A stretch of DNA of 64,000 bases from Mobula hypostoma. Lineage: Eukaryota. A program made the position numbers and the translations under genes. Below the pieces are notes generated by a model. That model saw nothing but the letters and a program-made list of their open reading frames with translations, had not been told where the DNA came from and ran no database searches. This document shows, piece after piece, positions 34,611-48,249 of the stretch; within the stretch, counting starts at the first letter, position 1, and each line of letters starts with the position of its first letter. Location: NCBI RefSeq assembly GCF_963921235.1, contig NC_086107.1:110734001-110798000 (forward strand). The letters are read 5' to 3'.

Positions 34611-36882
34611 GCAATAAGGCAATTATGATTCTCATTCTGATGTTCTCCCAAGGGCAATTCCCTTCATGGAGAATCACTTTGCATGACTTTGTTTAATGTG
34701 TGAAGGCTGATGCTTGGGCAGCCACTGCATAGTCTTTGACAGATCAGGGCAGGGTCCAATGGTATGGGATGCAAGATGACTGCGGTCTTATCACTGCTGC
34801 AACCTTCCTCTGCCCTCACTTCCATTGAGATGTGTCTGTATCTTCTGCCAGCTCTACTGTTGAGGTCTTGGTTGGACCATTCTTTGTCTGAGACCTCCCC
34901 TTTGACTTTACCACCACAGGTGACCCCTTTCCAGGAGCCAAGCTCTAGATGTCTATACTCTCGGGATCTCTCACAAGCCTCTCCGCCTCAGAGGAGACAT
35001 TTCTCCTGGTGTGTAGAAGATTGGGAGAAGCTGATGAGGAAGTGGAGAGAATGAAGTGGGATTGTAGAATCAGGGTTGTCTTAGACTCAGTGTGCTGTCT
35101 CATGCTGTGACTGACCCCTGGGGGCAGTTCAAAGGCCATTCACTAGTCTTATTAATAAGGGCAGTGTGGTAACGTTGTGGCTAGTGCATCACTTTACAGT
35201 GCCAGTGATCACCGATGGGGGTTCAATTACTGCTGCTGTCTGTAAGGAGTTTGTATGTTCCCCCTGTAACTGCATAGGTTTCCTTCAGGTGCTGCGGTTT
35301 CCTCCCAGGTTCCTAAGACGTAGGGCTAGGAGTGAGTTTTTGACATGCTGTGGTGGCACCAGAACTGTGGCAATACTGTGGCTCATCTTCACTGGTTTGA
35401 TTTGAATCGACACAAACATTGCATTTCACATTTTGATGTTTCAACATACAGGTGACAAATAAAGCTCATCTTAATCTTCATCTAATTCCTGGAATGAGAG
35501 GGTGGTCCTATCAAAGGAGGCTGGACAGTCTGGGTCTGCATTCCCTGGAGGTTAAAAGTATAAGGAATGACCTTATTCACATACATAAGATCCTAAGAAA
35601 GGTTAACAGAGACGTTTTCACTTGTGTGAAAGTCATGAACAACGGCCACAAAAATAAGGGGCCTGTGGTTGAACAGTAAGGTGCAGAGACTATGGAATCT
35701 TTTGAATTCTCTACCCCTGAGGATGCTGGAAGTCAGATCATTATATATATGTATCTAAGATGGACATAAATAAACATTTGAAAGATAGAGGATTGAGGGT
35801 TATGGGGAACTGGCACAGTTGAGTTGAGGCTAGCAGAGATCAGTCAGGAATGGTGGGGCAGGCTTGAGAGGCCTGGTGGCTGACTCCTGCTCTTTCTATC
35901 TGGTGTTTTTTGTGGAGGGTCATTGATAAAGTAGCTGAAGATCGTTGGGCCTAGGCCACTTCTCCAAGGAACTCCTATAGTGAGTTGGATGGTTTTTGTC
36001 TAATGATTACAGCCATCTTCTTATGTCTGAGGTAAACCTCCATCTTCCTTTTATGTGAAGAACCATCTTCCTCCATCCTTTAGTGTGAGGGGCGACTCCA
36101 ACCACTTTCAAGGGCTCTTCATCTTATGCTGTCAATATTTATTGCTTATTAATTAATTATTATTATTATTATTATTTCTTTTTGTATTTGCACAGTTTGT
36201 TGTCTTTCACACACTTGTTGAACACCCAGTTGGTGCAGTCTTCCTTTGATTCTATTATGGCTATTGGATTTTTTGAATATTCCCGCAAGAAAATAAATCT
36301 CAGCTTTGCATATGGTGACATATATGTACTTTGAAAATAAATTTACTTTGAACTTTCAAAGTACATTTATCATCAAAAATTTGTATGCAGTATACAACTC
36401 TGAGATTTGTCTTCTCCAGACAGCCATGAAACAAAGAAAACCATGAAAACCGTTCAAAGAAAACCATCGATACCCTCCATGCACAAGAAAAGAACAAATT
36501 CTGCAAATGGTAACAAGAACATCAGCCCCTCATGTACAAAAAAGAACAAGCAAGTTGTGCAAATGGCAACAAGAAAGAATGAACAAAACCACAGAATGCA
36601 ACTTTTGAGGATTTTCCCCTCGATAACCATTGACTTCAGTTCCATCAGGGCTCCTTGATACAATACTTGGAGTCAAGAGTAGTGATTTTCATCTCCCCTC
36701 TGGAATTCAGCTCTTCGGTCAATGTTTGGACCAAGGCCGGGATGATATCTAGAGAAACCCAAACAAAGCCTAGTAGGTGATTGGTACGTACCAATTAAGG
36801 GCTCTGTCAAAGACGGCTTCCATCATGTTATTGGTGATAGAGGGCAGACAGATTCTGTCCTAAATGACCAGACTGTATTTGT

Positions 36883-37112
36883 AAATGCAAACACGAGGAA
36901 ATCTGCAGATGCTGGAAATTCAAGCAACACACACAAAAATTGCTGGTGAACGCAGCAGGCCAGGCAGCATCCCTAGGAAGAGGTCCAGCCGACGCTTCAG
37001 GTCGTGACCCTTCGAAGGGTCCTGACGAAGGGTCTCGGCCCGAAGCGTCGACTGTACCTCTTCCTATTGATGCTGCCTGGCCTGCTGCGTTCACCAGCAT
37101 TTTTTTGTGTGT
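36883..37112 (-). mobile_element. Fold-back PLE pLTR insertion
   Basis: Inverted arms, central palindrome gacccttcgaagggtc, one-sided tail; 13-bp TSD agactgtatttgt at 36870-36882 and 37113-37125. Confidence 0.9.
37018..37053 (+). ncRNA. Minimal hammerhead ribozyme variant (GAAG instead of GAAA)
   Basis: GGTC-CTGACGA-A-GGGT-CTCG-GCCC-GAAG-CGTC-GACT. Confidence 0.7.
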
Positions 37113-37257
37113 AGACTGTATTTGTCCTGCTTCTTGAAAACAGGATATATCTGCACAATTTTCCACATTATTAGATAGATGCTGTTGTTGTTACCATGAA
37201 GGAACACCTTGGCTAGAGCTGGAGCGCAAGTCCTCAGTGCAACAGTCCTGTGCTATA

Positions 37258-38052
37258 TCAAAGGTTTCAAAGGTACATTTAATATCAGAGAGATGTATAT
37301 AATATACATCCTGAAATGCTTTTTCTTCGCTAACATTCACGAAAACAGATGAGTGCCTCAAAGAATGAATGACAGTTAAATGTTAGAACCCCAAAGCCTC
37401 CTAGCTCCCCTCCCTCCCGCGCATAAGCGGCAGCAAGCAACAATCCCTCCCCCCACCGGCAAAAAAAGCATCAGCACCCACCACTGAGAACTCAAGCGTG
37501 AGCAAAGCAACAGCAAACACACAGACTTGCAGTTACTCCAAAGACTTCACGTTTCATCTGGTATTCGACATACCACAGGCTCTCTCTCTCCCTACTAAGG
37601 GAGAAAGAGGTGTCTGCATTTTCACAGTGAGTGGGGAGGCATAACAAACAACTCGCTGGTTTATGATGTTAAAAGTCCATGACAACACTTTTTTTTTGAG
37701 CTCTGTGTCCAAAGTTCTGGGCACACAGCCGCAGATATTCCAAATCCCCCGACGACACACTGGTCTCCTGCCATGACACTGACCTTCGATCCACCCGTCT
37801 CCAGAGCCCCGAGATCCTAGGCCTCCAAAGCTGAGCCGGACACTTAGGCCGAGCCCTCGGCGTGCTGAACAACAACAGCTGGTTATGAAACCCCAAGAGT
37901 GGGTCCCATTCCTGCAAAGAACCTTAGTCAGCGTGTAACTTCATGTTGGGGTCTTCAAAAGAGCATTGAAAGGGAAAAATAAAGATATTAAAGATGGAAA
38001 TAGAGCTGTTTCCGAAGTTGCAAGCAAAGGAGTCGCCGTTTAGCGTCATCAT
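37258..38052 (-). mobile_element. Non-coding retroposon with (CCTTTGAAA)-like tail
   Basis: Tail 'caaaggtttcaaaggtacatttaat' on plus; CpG-rich body; 5' end reads 'gatgacgctaaacggcgactcc' on minus. Confidence 0.55.
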
Positions 38053-38646
38053 CACTTTGCTCCACCTCTGATCACAATCCAGCGCTCTCAGCCTGTATAG
38101 TTCAGCCAGGATCACGTGGAATCGCAAAGCAGGCTTGAGGGGTCTAGTGGCCAAATCCCTTTCCTGTTCTCTTCTCTCGTGACATTTTCTACCCTCTGTA
38201 TCACAGGAATAATTCCAGATCCTGTAGAACTAATAGAGGGCTATAGGTAATTTCTAAAGTAAGTACATGTTCTTCACAGCATTGTGGGCTGAAGGGCCTG
38301 TATTGTGCTGTAGGTTTTCTATGTTTCTAACTTTGGAAAATGATATCCAAAGTGTCCACCATCTCTAAAGCCACCTCATTCAAAACCATGATGTAGATCA
38401 TCGGGACCTTAGGGTTCCTCACAATTCAAACCCACTAGTTTTTGACCAATAATTAATTCTTTCAGGTTCTCATTCTTATCATCCCTGCGATTCCCTCGGA
38501 TATCTGGCAGGTTTGGATGTTTTCCTCTGTGAAGACAGACACAGGGTGATCTCTTTCTTTCGCCGGTTCCCTCTTCCCCATCATAAATTTTCCTGTCTCC
38601 GTCTGTGAGGGGAGCCACATTAGTCCCTGCTCGTCTTTGCCTTTTA

Positions 38647-39180
38647 CACTCAGAGGCCACGTTATTAGCTACCTCCTGTACCTAATAAGTGGTCACTGAG
38701 CGTATGTTTATCGTCCTCGGCTGCATCAGGGTTCAAAGTGTTAACGCATTCAGCAATCTTCTTCTGCACACCTCAAGTGTGGTCACTTGAGTTGCTGTTG
38801 CCTTCCTGTCAGCTTGAACCAGTCTGGTCATTCCCCTCTGACCTCTCTCATTAACAAGGCGTTTTTGCCCTCACGACTGCCGCTCACTGGATGTTATTTG
38901 TCTTTCTCACCATTCTCTGTAAACTCTGTTGACTATTGTGCTTCAAAATCTCATGAGATCACCAATTTCTGAGATACTCAAACCACCCCATCTGGCTCCA
39001 ACAATTATTCCATGGTCAAAGTCGCTTAGATCACATTCCTTCCCCATTCTGGTGTTTGGTCTGAACAACAATTGAACCTCTTGACCATGTCTGCATGCTT
39101 TTATGCATTGAGTTGCCACATGATTGGCTGATTAATGAGCAGGTGTACAGGTGTACCCAATAAAATGGCTATTGAGTGTA
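38647..39180 (-). mobile_element. Non-autonomous Tc1-like element
   Basis: Same family as 8218-9329; degenerate ITRs at both ends. Confidence 0.85.
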
Positions 39181-41385
39181 TATACTTATAAAAGCAATGT
39201 GGTCCATTTTTTTATGTTCCCTGGCTGTCTACTCTCATATTTATCTCACTTTCCCTTTCTTTGCTAAGTTCTAAAATACTGTGAATCCCCAGGCCTTCTG
39301 CTATTTCTGGAAATTTATAAGCCTCTTCCTTGGATTTAATATTATCTTTAATTTCTCTTGTCAGGCGTGGATGAATCACTGTTCCTGTATGGTTTTTGTC
39401 CCTTAAAGGAACCCTTTACAATTTATACATTCTTTTTTCTTTAAATAAGTACCAACGCACAAGGATATCTACTCATTAATTGCAGCTCAGTATCCTCTTA
39501 TCATTTAGAATTAAGCCCCAGTTTCACATTGAACCACATCACCTTCAGACTCAATATCACATTCCATCAGATTCTGGACACTGTTCCTGAAGACCCATTG
39601 ACAAATCAATTATACATATGCCCTTTCTTACTGCACTGCGCTAAACAAAACGCATCCAAGATGCAGAGGTCTGAAGTAACCAAAAAGTGCTTTGATGTGT
39701 GCTACAAAATGCTGGAGAAACTCAGCAGATCAGGCAGCGTCTATGGAGAGGAGTAAAGAGTTGATGTACTGAGCTGAGATGGTTCACTTTCTGCTCAAAT
39801 GCCTTTGCATAGTCATACTCACAAGAGACCCTGCAGATGCTGGAAATCCAGGGTAACACGTACAAAATGCTGGAGGAACTCAGCAGATCAGGCAGCATCT
39901 ATGGAGAGGAATAAAGAGCTGGTGTTTCAGGCCAAGACCTTCATCAACCCATAGCTCACTTGAACACTTTTATCTCCTTGGCCAAAATAAGACAATTAGA
40001 CCTTAAGATATAGGAGCAGAATTAGGCTATTTGCCCCTTCGAGTCTGCTATGTCATTTCATCATGGCTGATCCAATTTCCCTCTCAGTCTCAGTCTCCTG
40101 CCATCATATCCCCTCATGCCCTGACCAATCAAGAATCTATCAACTTCTGCCCTAAATAAAGACTTGGTCTCCACAGCTGCCTGTGACAATGAATTCCATG
40201 GCTAAATAAATTCCTCCTGATCTCCATTCTAAAAGGATGCCCCTCTATTCTGAGGCTGTGTCCTCTGGTCTTAGACTCCCCGACCGTAGGAGACATCCTC
40301 CCCACATCCACTCTATTGAGGTCTTTCAACATTCGATAGGTATCAATGAGGTCACCCCTCATAACCAATTACGAATACTAACGCTGGAAATGTTTAAGGG
40401 TTTAAATGTTTAATTATGCTTATTACAAGAATTGCAATACTTTCTGTAGTTTCTATAGCTTAAGACTGTAGAGAAAGCATAAAGAATCTGTAGAAAATTG
40501 ATTTCCAAATTGCTGTGGCCTTGTTCCAGGTGTTGAATATACTTAACACCAGAGGTGGAACAGGTCTGATAACTAATTCGCCCACTGCGGCAGATGGCTA
40601 TTGCATTATGGTAATGCTGTGGTGCCTTGAGTGTATTGTGGACCTTTGGATTCTATCACCGACATTAATGTAAACCTGCTATGGTTTGGAACGTGAAGTA
40701 AGCACAAATTTTATTTGTGACGGTTGGCCTTCAAGTGCTCAGCAGGCTTGGAATGAATGATATCACAGGACCTAAGTGTGTGGAAGATATTCTTGAGTGA
40801 GTAACAGTCCAACACATAAGGCAGACCTTCCCTTAACAGCTAGCATGACCCACATTAGAGTTGTAGAACCATAAAGAAGTATAGTCAGAATCAAGCCCTT
40901 CAGCCCATCTAGTCCATGCTGAAGCCATCTAAACTGCCTACTCCCTATTGACGTGCACCAAGACCACAGCCCTCCATTCCCTTACCATCCATGTACCTAT
41001 CCAGACTTCTCTTAGGCATTGAAATCGAGCTCACATGCACCACTTGTGCTGGCAGCTCGTTCTACTCTCTCATGACCCTCGGAGTGAAGAAGTCCCCCCT
41101 CATTTTCCCCGTAAACTTTTCACCTTTCGCCCTTAACCCATGTAGTCCCACCCAACCTCAGTGGAAAAAGCCTGCTTGCACTGCCTGCCCTTAAAATCGA
41201 AAGAAGTGAACAACGCTGCACAAGCAGTAATGGACTTACACAGCAGGTATCTAATACAATAAATCAGCCCAAATTAATTATGAACTTAAATGTCTGATTA
41301 TATTTCAGAAGCATATATACACAAAAGATGGAATACATAGGTAATACCAGTGAACTTGATGAGTATTCACAATTGTTGGCTTGTA

Positions 41386-41535
41386 ACAGAGCAACACACA
41401 CACAGAATACCCAAAGAACTCGGTAGGTCAGGCAGCATCTATGGAGAGGAATAAAGAGCCGATGTTTTGGGCTGAGACCTTCCATCAGCATTTTGTATGT
41501 GTTACTCTGGATTTCCAACAGAATTTCTTGTGCTT
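41386..41535. mobile_element. Short inverted PLE pLTR insertion
   Basis: Minus arm ending in a hammerhead remnant, then plus-strand tail; TSD ttggcttgta at 41376-41385 and 41536-41545. Confidence 0.7.
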
Positions 41536-42954
41536 TTGGCTTGTAGCACACTCTATTCAATTGGATTTGTTTGCAATCAACCATAGCTCTTCTATGCAGG
41601 ACAGATTGAACTCCAAAGTTCAAAGTAAATTTATTTTCAAACTACAAATATGTCACCATATACAACCCTGAGATTCATTTTCTTCAGGACATACTCAATA
41701 AATCTATAGAATAATAACCATAACAGAATCAATGAAAGGCCGCCCAACTTGGGTCTTCAACCGGAGGGCAGAACACAACAAACTGTGCAAATACAAAAAG
41801 AAAGAAATAATAATAATATATCAATGAGCAATAAAAGTCAAGAACATGACCTGAAGAATCCTTGAAAGTAAGTGCATTGGTTGCGGGCAATGATGGGGCA
41901 AGTTAAGTTGAGTGAAGTTGTCCCCTTAGGTTCAATAGCCTGATGGTTGAGGGGTAATAACTGTTCCTGAACCCGGTGGTGTGGGTCCTAAGGCTCCTGT
42001 ACCTTCTTCCTGATGGCAGCAGTGAGAAGAGAGCATGACCTGGGTGGTGTGGTTCCTGATGACGGATATCCTGTGACAGTGTTTCATGTAGATGTGTTAA
42101 TAATCTTATAAACATCTTAGCCTCTGCATAAATGTGCATGAATACATAAATACCAGCATGTATTTACAATGGGGTGCAGAAGGATAATAAATCAGCCATG
42201 ATGGAATAACGGAGTAGACTTGGTGGGCCAAATGGCCAAATTCTACTCGTGTGTCTCACGGTTTGATGGTAAACAGCATTATAAAAAGTGGTTGAAAGAG
42301 TTAGAAGTGAACATGGGTATACTTCCGTCAGATTAAGACAAGGATATTGAAGAACATTGCTTCTTCTGTCTTACAGAGGCTTCTGTTAACGTTCTTCCTG
42401 TCAATGATTTTAGCCAAAATTCCTGAGGAGTGGGTGTGATTTTTTGCAGTTTATGGAGACTCACCTCAGATTGCATTGGGTGGGAAGGGAGGTTGGTGTG
42501 TGAACAGGGAAATGCAACAGCTTGCCGTAACCAGAGCTGTTACTATAGTGATGGTGCCAGCTCAGTGAGATCACAGATGGTTTGAAAAATTGGATTATGT
42601 TTCAAACTTTCCATTTTTTTATTTGCAAAGACTCTGAAGCCCAGAGGAAATGGTGGCCAAGACCCTCGCGATCTTTTTTGCAAATGTCCTGCTCCACTTA
42701 TTTTTAGGAACAACGTGCCAGTAGATATAATGGGAACATTGGCAAGAAGATGAGGTACAAGAGAGATGATGCTTTGATCTCAGTTGGGGATCAATGTTGG
42801 GAGAAAGCCAAGCCCTGAGTTCAATTTGCCCAATTTCTCATTCATCTATTTGAGTGCACAAGAAATGAGACAGCTGCTGTCCATGAACTCCGTAGCATGC
42901 GTTTCTTGTGTTTATCAGTTGCCATGGTACCTGATCATAGTACAGTGTCCTCAT

Positions 42955-43415
42955 TAAGTGAAGTTGTACCAGAGCTGTGTTCTGTCCACACTCTTGTATG
43001 GGTCAGAATGCTGGTGGATGACAGAGGACAACCTCACCAAGCTGTCGTCAATCCACACAACGAGCCTCCGGAAGGTCCTCCGTATTTTCTGGCCAAGAAA
43101 GATCTCCAACCACACCCTACTCCTTATGTCACCAAGAGGACATGGCCACAATCATCATGAGGAAACGTTGGAGGTAGATTGGGGACGTGATGAGAAGAGA
43201 GGCCGACTCCATCATCAAGACAGCACTTCATTGGTCCCCTGAAGGATGGAAGAAACACGGGAGACTAAAGACAACTTAGCGCCGTACCACAGAGGCAGAA
43301 ATGAGGACCCTGAACCTCACCTGGGGCACAATAGAGAAGATGGCTGAGGACAGACAGAAATGGTGGATATTTATTGCTGCCCTAAGCACCAGCGGCGTGA
43401 CAGGCAGAAGTTGGT
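42955..43415 (+). mobile_element. RTE LINE 3' fragment
   Basis: KLYQSCVLSTLLYGSECWWMT..LRKVLRIFWPRKISN. Confidence 0.85.
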
Positions 43416-43739
43416 AGTACCTGATGCAGGAACAGAGATACTTGCTCCAATGCTTGGCCTGCTATTTCTGAGCTAAGTTCCAATATCTTCTAGACAGACT
43501 AAGGGATGTCAGTAGCTAAAATGTTTTCTTTCAGACACCTGAAGAGAATGATTAATACCATAGATATATAAAATCAGAAAGGCAGTGGGCACTTTTATCC
43601 CCACAAGTCCATTAAATAGGAGCATAAATGGGCAGTGAGCCCTTAACATTATGAGAAGTTCAGGCCATTCAAGCCCTTGAGCTTGTTCCGTCAAACAAAC
43701 ACGTCATGGCTCAGCCCCACTCACATCTCTTTTAAGCTT

Positions 43740-46700
43740 AAGGTTCAAAGTAAATCTATTATCCAAGTACATATAGGTCACCATATACAACCCTGAGATT
43801 TACTTTATTGAGGGCGTACTCAACAAATCCAATAACCATAATAAAGTAAACGAAAGACCTCACCAATTTCTTATTCAGCCAGTGTGCAAAAGTCAACAAA
43901 TAGTGAAAGTACAAAAGGATAAAAGCAATAATAAATAAATAAACAATAAATATTGAGGACATGAGATGAAGGGTCCTTGAAAGTGACTCCAAAGGTTGTG
44001 GGAACAGTTCCGTGATGGAGAAAGTGAAGTTATCCCCTCTGGTTCAAGAGCCTGACGGTTGAGGGGTAATAACTATTCCTGAACCTGGTGGTGTGGGACC
44101 TAAGGCTCCTGTACCTTCATCCCGATGGAAGCAGTGAAAAGAGACCATGTACCAGGTGATGGAGGTCCCTAATGATAGATGCTGCTCTCCTGCAACAATG
44201 ATTCGTGTCGATATGCTCAAGGTGGGGAGGGCTTCACCTGTAATTGACTGGGCCGTATCCACTAAATTTTGTAGGATTTTCTGTTCCAGGGCATTGATGT
44301 TTCCATACCAGGCTGTGATGCAGACAGTCTATGTACAGTCTTCTCCACATCTATAGAAGATTGTCAAAGTTTTCGACGTCGTGCCAAGTCTTCGCAAACT
44401 TCTAAGGAAGTAGAGACGCTGCTGTGCTTTCTTTGTAATTGCACTTACTTGCTGGGCCCAGGCCAGGTCCTCTGAAATAATAACACCAAGGAACTTAAAA
44501 TTGTTGACCATCTCCACCTCTGATCCTCTGATGAGGACTGGCTCATGGACCTCTGGTTCCTTCCTCCTGAAGTCAATAATCAGCTATTTGGTCTTGCTGA
44601 GGTTGTTGTTGTGGTACCACTCGGCCAGATTTCCAATCTCCCTCCTATACACTGATTCATCACCACCTTTAATTCAGCCAAAGTCAGTGGTGTCATCAGC
44701 AAACTTGAATATGACATTGGAGCTGTGCTTAACTATACAGTCAAAAGTGTAAAGCGAGTAGAGCAAAGGGTTAAGCACACAGCCTTGTGGTGCACCTGAG
44801 CTGATGAAGATCGTGGAGGAGACGTTGTTGCCAATCTGAATTGACTGAGGTCTGCAAGTGTGGAAACCGAAGATCCAATTGTACAAGGAGGTTTTCAGGC
44901 CAAGATCTTGAAGCTTTTTGATTAGTTTTGAGGGATGATAGTATTGAATATCGAGCTGTAGTCAATAAAGACCATCTTGTTGCATGCACCTTTGGTGTCC
45001 AGGTGTTGTAGGGCTCAGTGAAAAACCAGTGAAGGCATCTACTGTGGACCTGTTGCTGTGGTAGGCAAAATGAAATGGATCCTAGTCGCTTCTCAGGTAG
45101 GAGTTGATATGTTTCATCACCAACCTCTCAAAACACTAGGGGACCGAGGGTCTAGTGAGATGGAGGAACTGAGGGAAATACATGTTAGTAGGGGAGTGGT
45201 GTTATGTAAATTGAAGGGATTAAAGGCAGATAAATCCCCAGGGCCAGAGGGTCTGCATCCCAGAGTGCTTAAGGAAGTAGCCCAAGAAATAGTGGATGCA
45301 TCAGTGATAATTTTTCAAAACTTTAGATTCTGGACTAGTTCCTGAGGATTGGAGGGTGGCTAATGTATCCCCGCCTTTTAAAAAAGGAGGGAGAGAGAAA
45401 CTGGGGAATTATAGACTGGTTAGCCTAACATTGGAGGTGGGGAAAATGCTAGAGTCAGTTATCAAAGATGTGATAACAGCACATTTGGAAAGCAGTGAAA
45501 TCATCGGACAAAGTCAGCATGGATTTGTGAAAGGAAAATCATGTCTGACGAATCTCATAGGATTTTTTGAGGATGTACCTAGTGGAGTGAATAGGGGAGA
45601 ACCAGTGGATGTGGTATATTTGGATCTTCAAAAGGCTTTTGACAAGGTCCCACACAGGAGATTAGTGTGCAAACTTAAAGCACACGGTATTGGGGGTAAG
45701 GTATTGATGTGGATAGAGAATTGGTTAGCAGACAGGAAGCAAAGAGTGGGAATAAACGGGACCTTTTCAGAATGGCAGGCAGTGACTAGTGGGGTACCGC
45801 AAGGCTCAGTGCTGGGACCCCAGTTGTTTACAATATATATTAATGACTTAGACGAGGGAATTAAATGCAGCATCTCCAAGTTTGCGGATGACACGAAGCT
45901 GGGCGGCAGTGTTAGCTGTGAGGAGGATGCTAAGAGGATGCAGGGTGACTTGGATAGGTTAGGTGAGTGGGCAAATTCATGGCAGATGCAATTTAATGTG
46001 GGTAAATGTGAGGTTATTCATTTTGGTGGCAAGAACAGGAAAACAGATTATTGTCTGAATCGTGGCCGATTAGGAAAAGGGGAGGTGCAACAAGACCTGG
46101 GTGTCATTATACACCAGTCATTGAAAGTGGGCATGCAGGTATAGCAGGCGGTGAAAAAGGCGAATGGTATGCTGGCATTCATAGCAAGAGGATTCGAGTA
46201 CAGGAGCAGGGAGGTACTACTGCAGTTGTACAAGGCCTTGGTGAGACCACACCTGGAGTATTGTGTGCAGTTTTGGTCCCCTAATCTGAGGAAAGACATT
46301 CTTGCCATAGAGGGAGTACAAAGAATGTTTACCAGATTGATTCCTGGGATGGCAGGACTTTCATATGATGAAAGACTGGATCGAATGTCGCTTATACTCA
46401 CCAGAATTTAGAAGATTGAGGGGGGATCTTATTGAAATGTAGAAAATCCTAAAGGGATTGGACAGGCTAGATGCAGGAAGATTGTTTCCGATGTTGGGGA
46501 AGTCCAGAACAAAGGGTCATAGTATAAGGATAAAGGGAAAGCCTTTTAGGACCGAGATGAGGAAAAACTTCTTCACACAGAGAGTGGTGAATCTGTGGAA
46601 TTCTCTGCCACAGGAAACAGTTGAGGCCAGTTCATTGGCTATATTTAAGAGGGAGTTAGATATGGCCCTTGTGGCTAAAGGGATCAGGGGGTATGGAGAG

Positions 46701-47205
46701 GAGGCAGGTACAAGGTTCTGAGTTGGATGATCAGCCATGATCATACTGAATGGCGGTGCAGGCTTGAAGGGCCAAATGGCCTACTCCTGCACCTGTTTTC
46801 TATGTTTCTATGTTTCTATCACAGTGGATTGAAGTGCTACCGGACGGTAGTTATTGAGGCAGGGTGACAAGCAACACACATCAAAGTTGCTGGTGAACGC
46901 AGCAGGCCAGGCAGCATCTCTAGGAAGAGGCACGAGACCCTTCGTCAGGACAGGCAGGTTACCATGTTCTTCTCAGGCACCGGTATAATTGAAGCCTGCT
47001 TGAAGCAGGTGGGTACGTCAGACTGTTGAAGCGAGAAGTTAAAGGTCTCAGTGAACACAGCTGACCAACACAGGTATTTAATACTTGGCCAGGCACCTCG
47101 TCTGGGCCGGATGCTTTTCACAGCTTCACCTTTCTGAAGGCTGCTCGCACATTGGCCTCAGAGACTGAAAGTACAGGGTAATCGGGGGCTGTGAGAGTTT
47201 GTGAT
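43740..47205 (-). mobile_element. Decayed Rex1-type LINE hosting a CR1 insertion and a PLE fragment (46870-46951)
   Basis: [45 protein letters not shown]. Confidence 0.85.
45138..46820 (+). mobile_element. CR1/HER1-like LINE, 5'-truncated, with disrupted RT
   Basis: KSPGPEGLHPRVLKE, QHGFVKGKSCLTNL, YLDLQKAFDKVPH, GVPQGSVLGP, SKFADDTKL; premature TAG at 46142-46144; (TTCTATGT)n tail. Confidence 0.95.
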
Positions 47206-47559
47206 GTCACTCAACGTTTCAGTAAAAGCTTCTTCCCTTCCACCATCAGATTTCTGAGCGATCCATGAACAATATATTTTGCTCTCTTTTTACACTATAT
47301 ATTTTAATATATTTGTTTTGTAATTGATAATACTTTTTATGTACTGCACTGTCCAAATTTCACGACAAATGTCAGAGATAATAAACCTGATTCTAATTCT
47401 GATATTTTTAAAAAATGTTTAACCAACAAAGGTCCCTAAAGCTTGAAATCCCCTGTTAGTCTTGCATCCAGGGACTTTTTGGAGTGAGTTTGGTCTACAA
47501 CTGTGCTTTGTGTGAAGAATTGCTTTCTTCTCTATTCCCTTCTCTATTCCCCACTCTGA

Positions 47560-47870
47560 TCTTTTACCTCTTCTCACCTGCCTATCATCTCTCCCCCGGG
47601 TCCCCTCCTCTTTCCCTTTCTCCTACACTCCACTCTCCTCTCCTATCAGGTTCCTTCTTCTCCTGTCCTTGACCTTTCCCACCCACGTGGCTTCACTTAT
47701 CACCTTCCAGCTAGCCTCCTTCACCTCCTCCCCACCTTTTTATTCTGGCATCTTCTCCCCTCCTTTTCAGCCCTGAAAGCGGATCTCGGCCCAAAATGTT
47801 GACTATCTGTTCGTTTCCGTAGATGCTGCCTGGCCTACTGAGTTCCTTCAGCATTTTGTGTGTGTTGCTA
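47560..47870 (+). mobile_element. Older PLE 3' UTR/pLTR with degenerate hammerhead
   Basis: Homologous to 20250-20540. Confidence 0.7.
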
Positions 47871-48249
47871 TCGTCTCATAGTTCTGACCTCTCTTTTATA
47901 ACTCTCCACCAATGTGATCATATCTTTTTCTTGTTAAAAGACCATATTTTTGATCACTGTAGTCTGATGACCCATTAATCTCATACACTGCTGGGAATGC
48001 AAGCCAAGTTCTGCAGGCACCCTCCAAAATTGTTCAATTTTCTGATGACATGTGAGGAGACTGTTCTGCCCATCAAGCCCATGCTGATTTTCAGAGCCAT
48101 CCCATCATTTATGTTCCCCCAACTTGTCTTCCTTTAATGCATCCTCTTTCACGAGCCCATTAACTGCTCCTCGTGACCCTCCTACCACCCAACAGGGGTA
48201 ATTTGCAGCAGGAAATTCATAAACCAACCAGGATGCCCAAGAGAAATAG

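Noticed and set aside
45356..46144. 262-aa RT ORF as an active gene
   Set aside because: 5'-truncated CR1 copy with a premature stop at 46142 and frameshifts
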